From positions 576,001 to 640,000 of the forward strand of contig CAWAUV010000005.1 in the NCBI GenBank assembly GCA_963785305.1: 64,000 nt of DNA. The letters are read 5' to 3'. Made by a program: the position numbers and the translations under genes. Shown piece by piece: positions 63,709 to 64,000 of this stretch. A model generated the notes under the pieces. The model was not told where the DNA came from and ran no database searches. It worked only from the letters and a program-made list of their open reading frames with translations. The number at the start of each line of letters is the position of its first letter. Within the stretch, counting starts at the first letter, position 1. This DNA comes from an uncultured Planctomycetaceae bacterium. Its GTDB lineage: Bacteria; Planctomycetota; Planctomycetia; Pirellulales; PALSA-1355.

Positions 63709-64000
63709 GCCGGAAATGTCCCCAGTGCGAGCGGTTTTTGGCGCGGAACATTGTCCCGAGACCCTGGCGTGTGAACAAGACCGGTTTTTTCGCCCCTGGC
63801 CGGAGTTTTTGGGTTTCGTCGCGCATCGCCGAAGCCCAGTCCGAGGTTGCGCGCCTGACAGCAGGGCGAATCTCGGAGAGGCTCCGAATTTCACTATCCC
63901 CGACGCCTTGCGCGAGCCGAACTATCCCTAACATCGGAAGAGTCCGCCCGACCCGCGATCGACCTCGCAAGAGGCCATCGCATGTCGGCGGCGACCGGGG

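Overview
High-GC bacterial DNA, most likely a planctomycete (inferred from gene content). Single-base indels break many genes, including housekeeping ones, which points to unpolished long-read error, so pseudogene calls are unsafe. Left (1-10.5 kb): two inverted copies of an ISNCY/IS1202-like element bracket a hyfB-C-E-F membrane module, followed by rpsL-rpsG, hemP, pcp and a truncated acyltransferase. Centre (about 10.5-47.1 kb): a composite island anchored at tRNA-Leu(CAA) by a tyrosine integrase. It holds (i) a DUF1257/DUF2997/AAA/DUF3150/clamp-like/PD-(D/E)XK module; (ii) a type I-C-like CRISPR-Cas locus with 77 repeats, where a divergent cas5-cas8-cas7-cas3 cassette seems to have replaced the canonical effector genes, and where a solitary degenerate repeat plus spacer matches a TTC-PAM site about 120 bp away (CreR/CreA-like RNA); (iii) a satellite-like module with a YADD group II-like reverse transcriptase behind a hairpin-rich 420-nt non-coding region, next to PolA-like and SF2-helicase-like genes that appear to have lost their catalytic motifs. 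Right (47.4-64 kb): polysaccharide genes, yraN, miaA, two near-identical DUF4139-type genes with a swapped central segment, yidD/rnpA, a DnaJ-class chaperone and hypotheticals. All family assignments come from motif recognition by eye; no searches were run.
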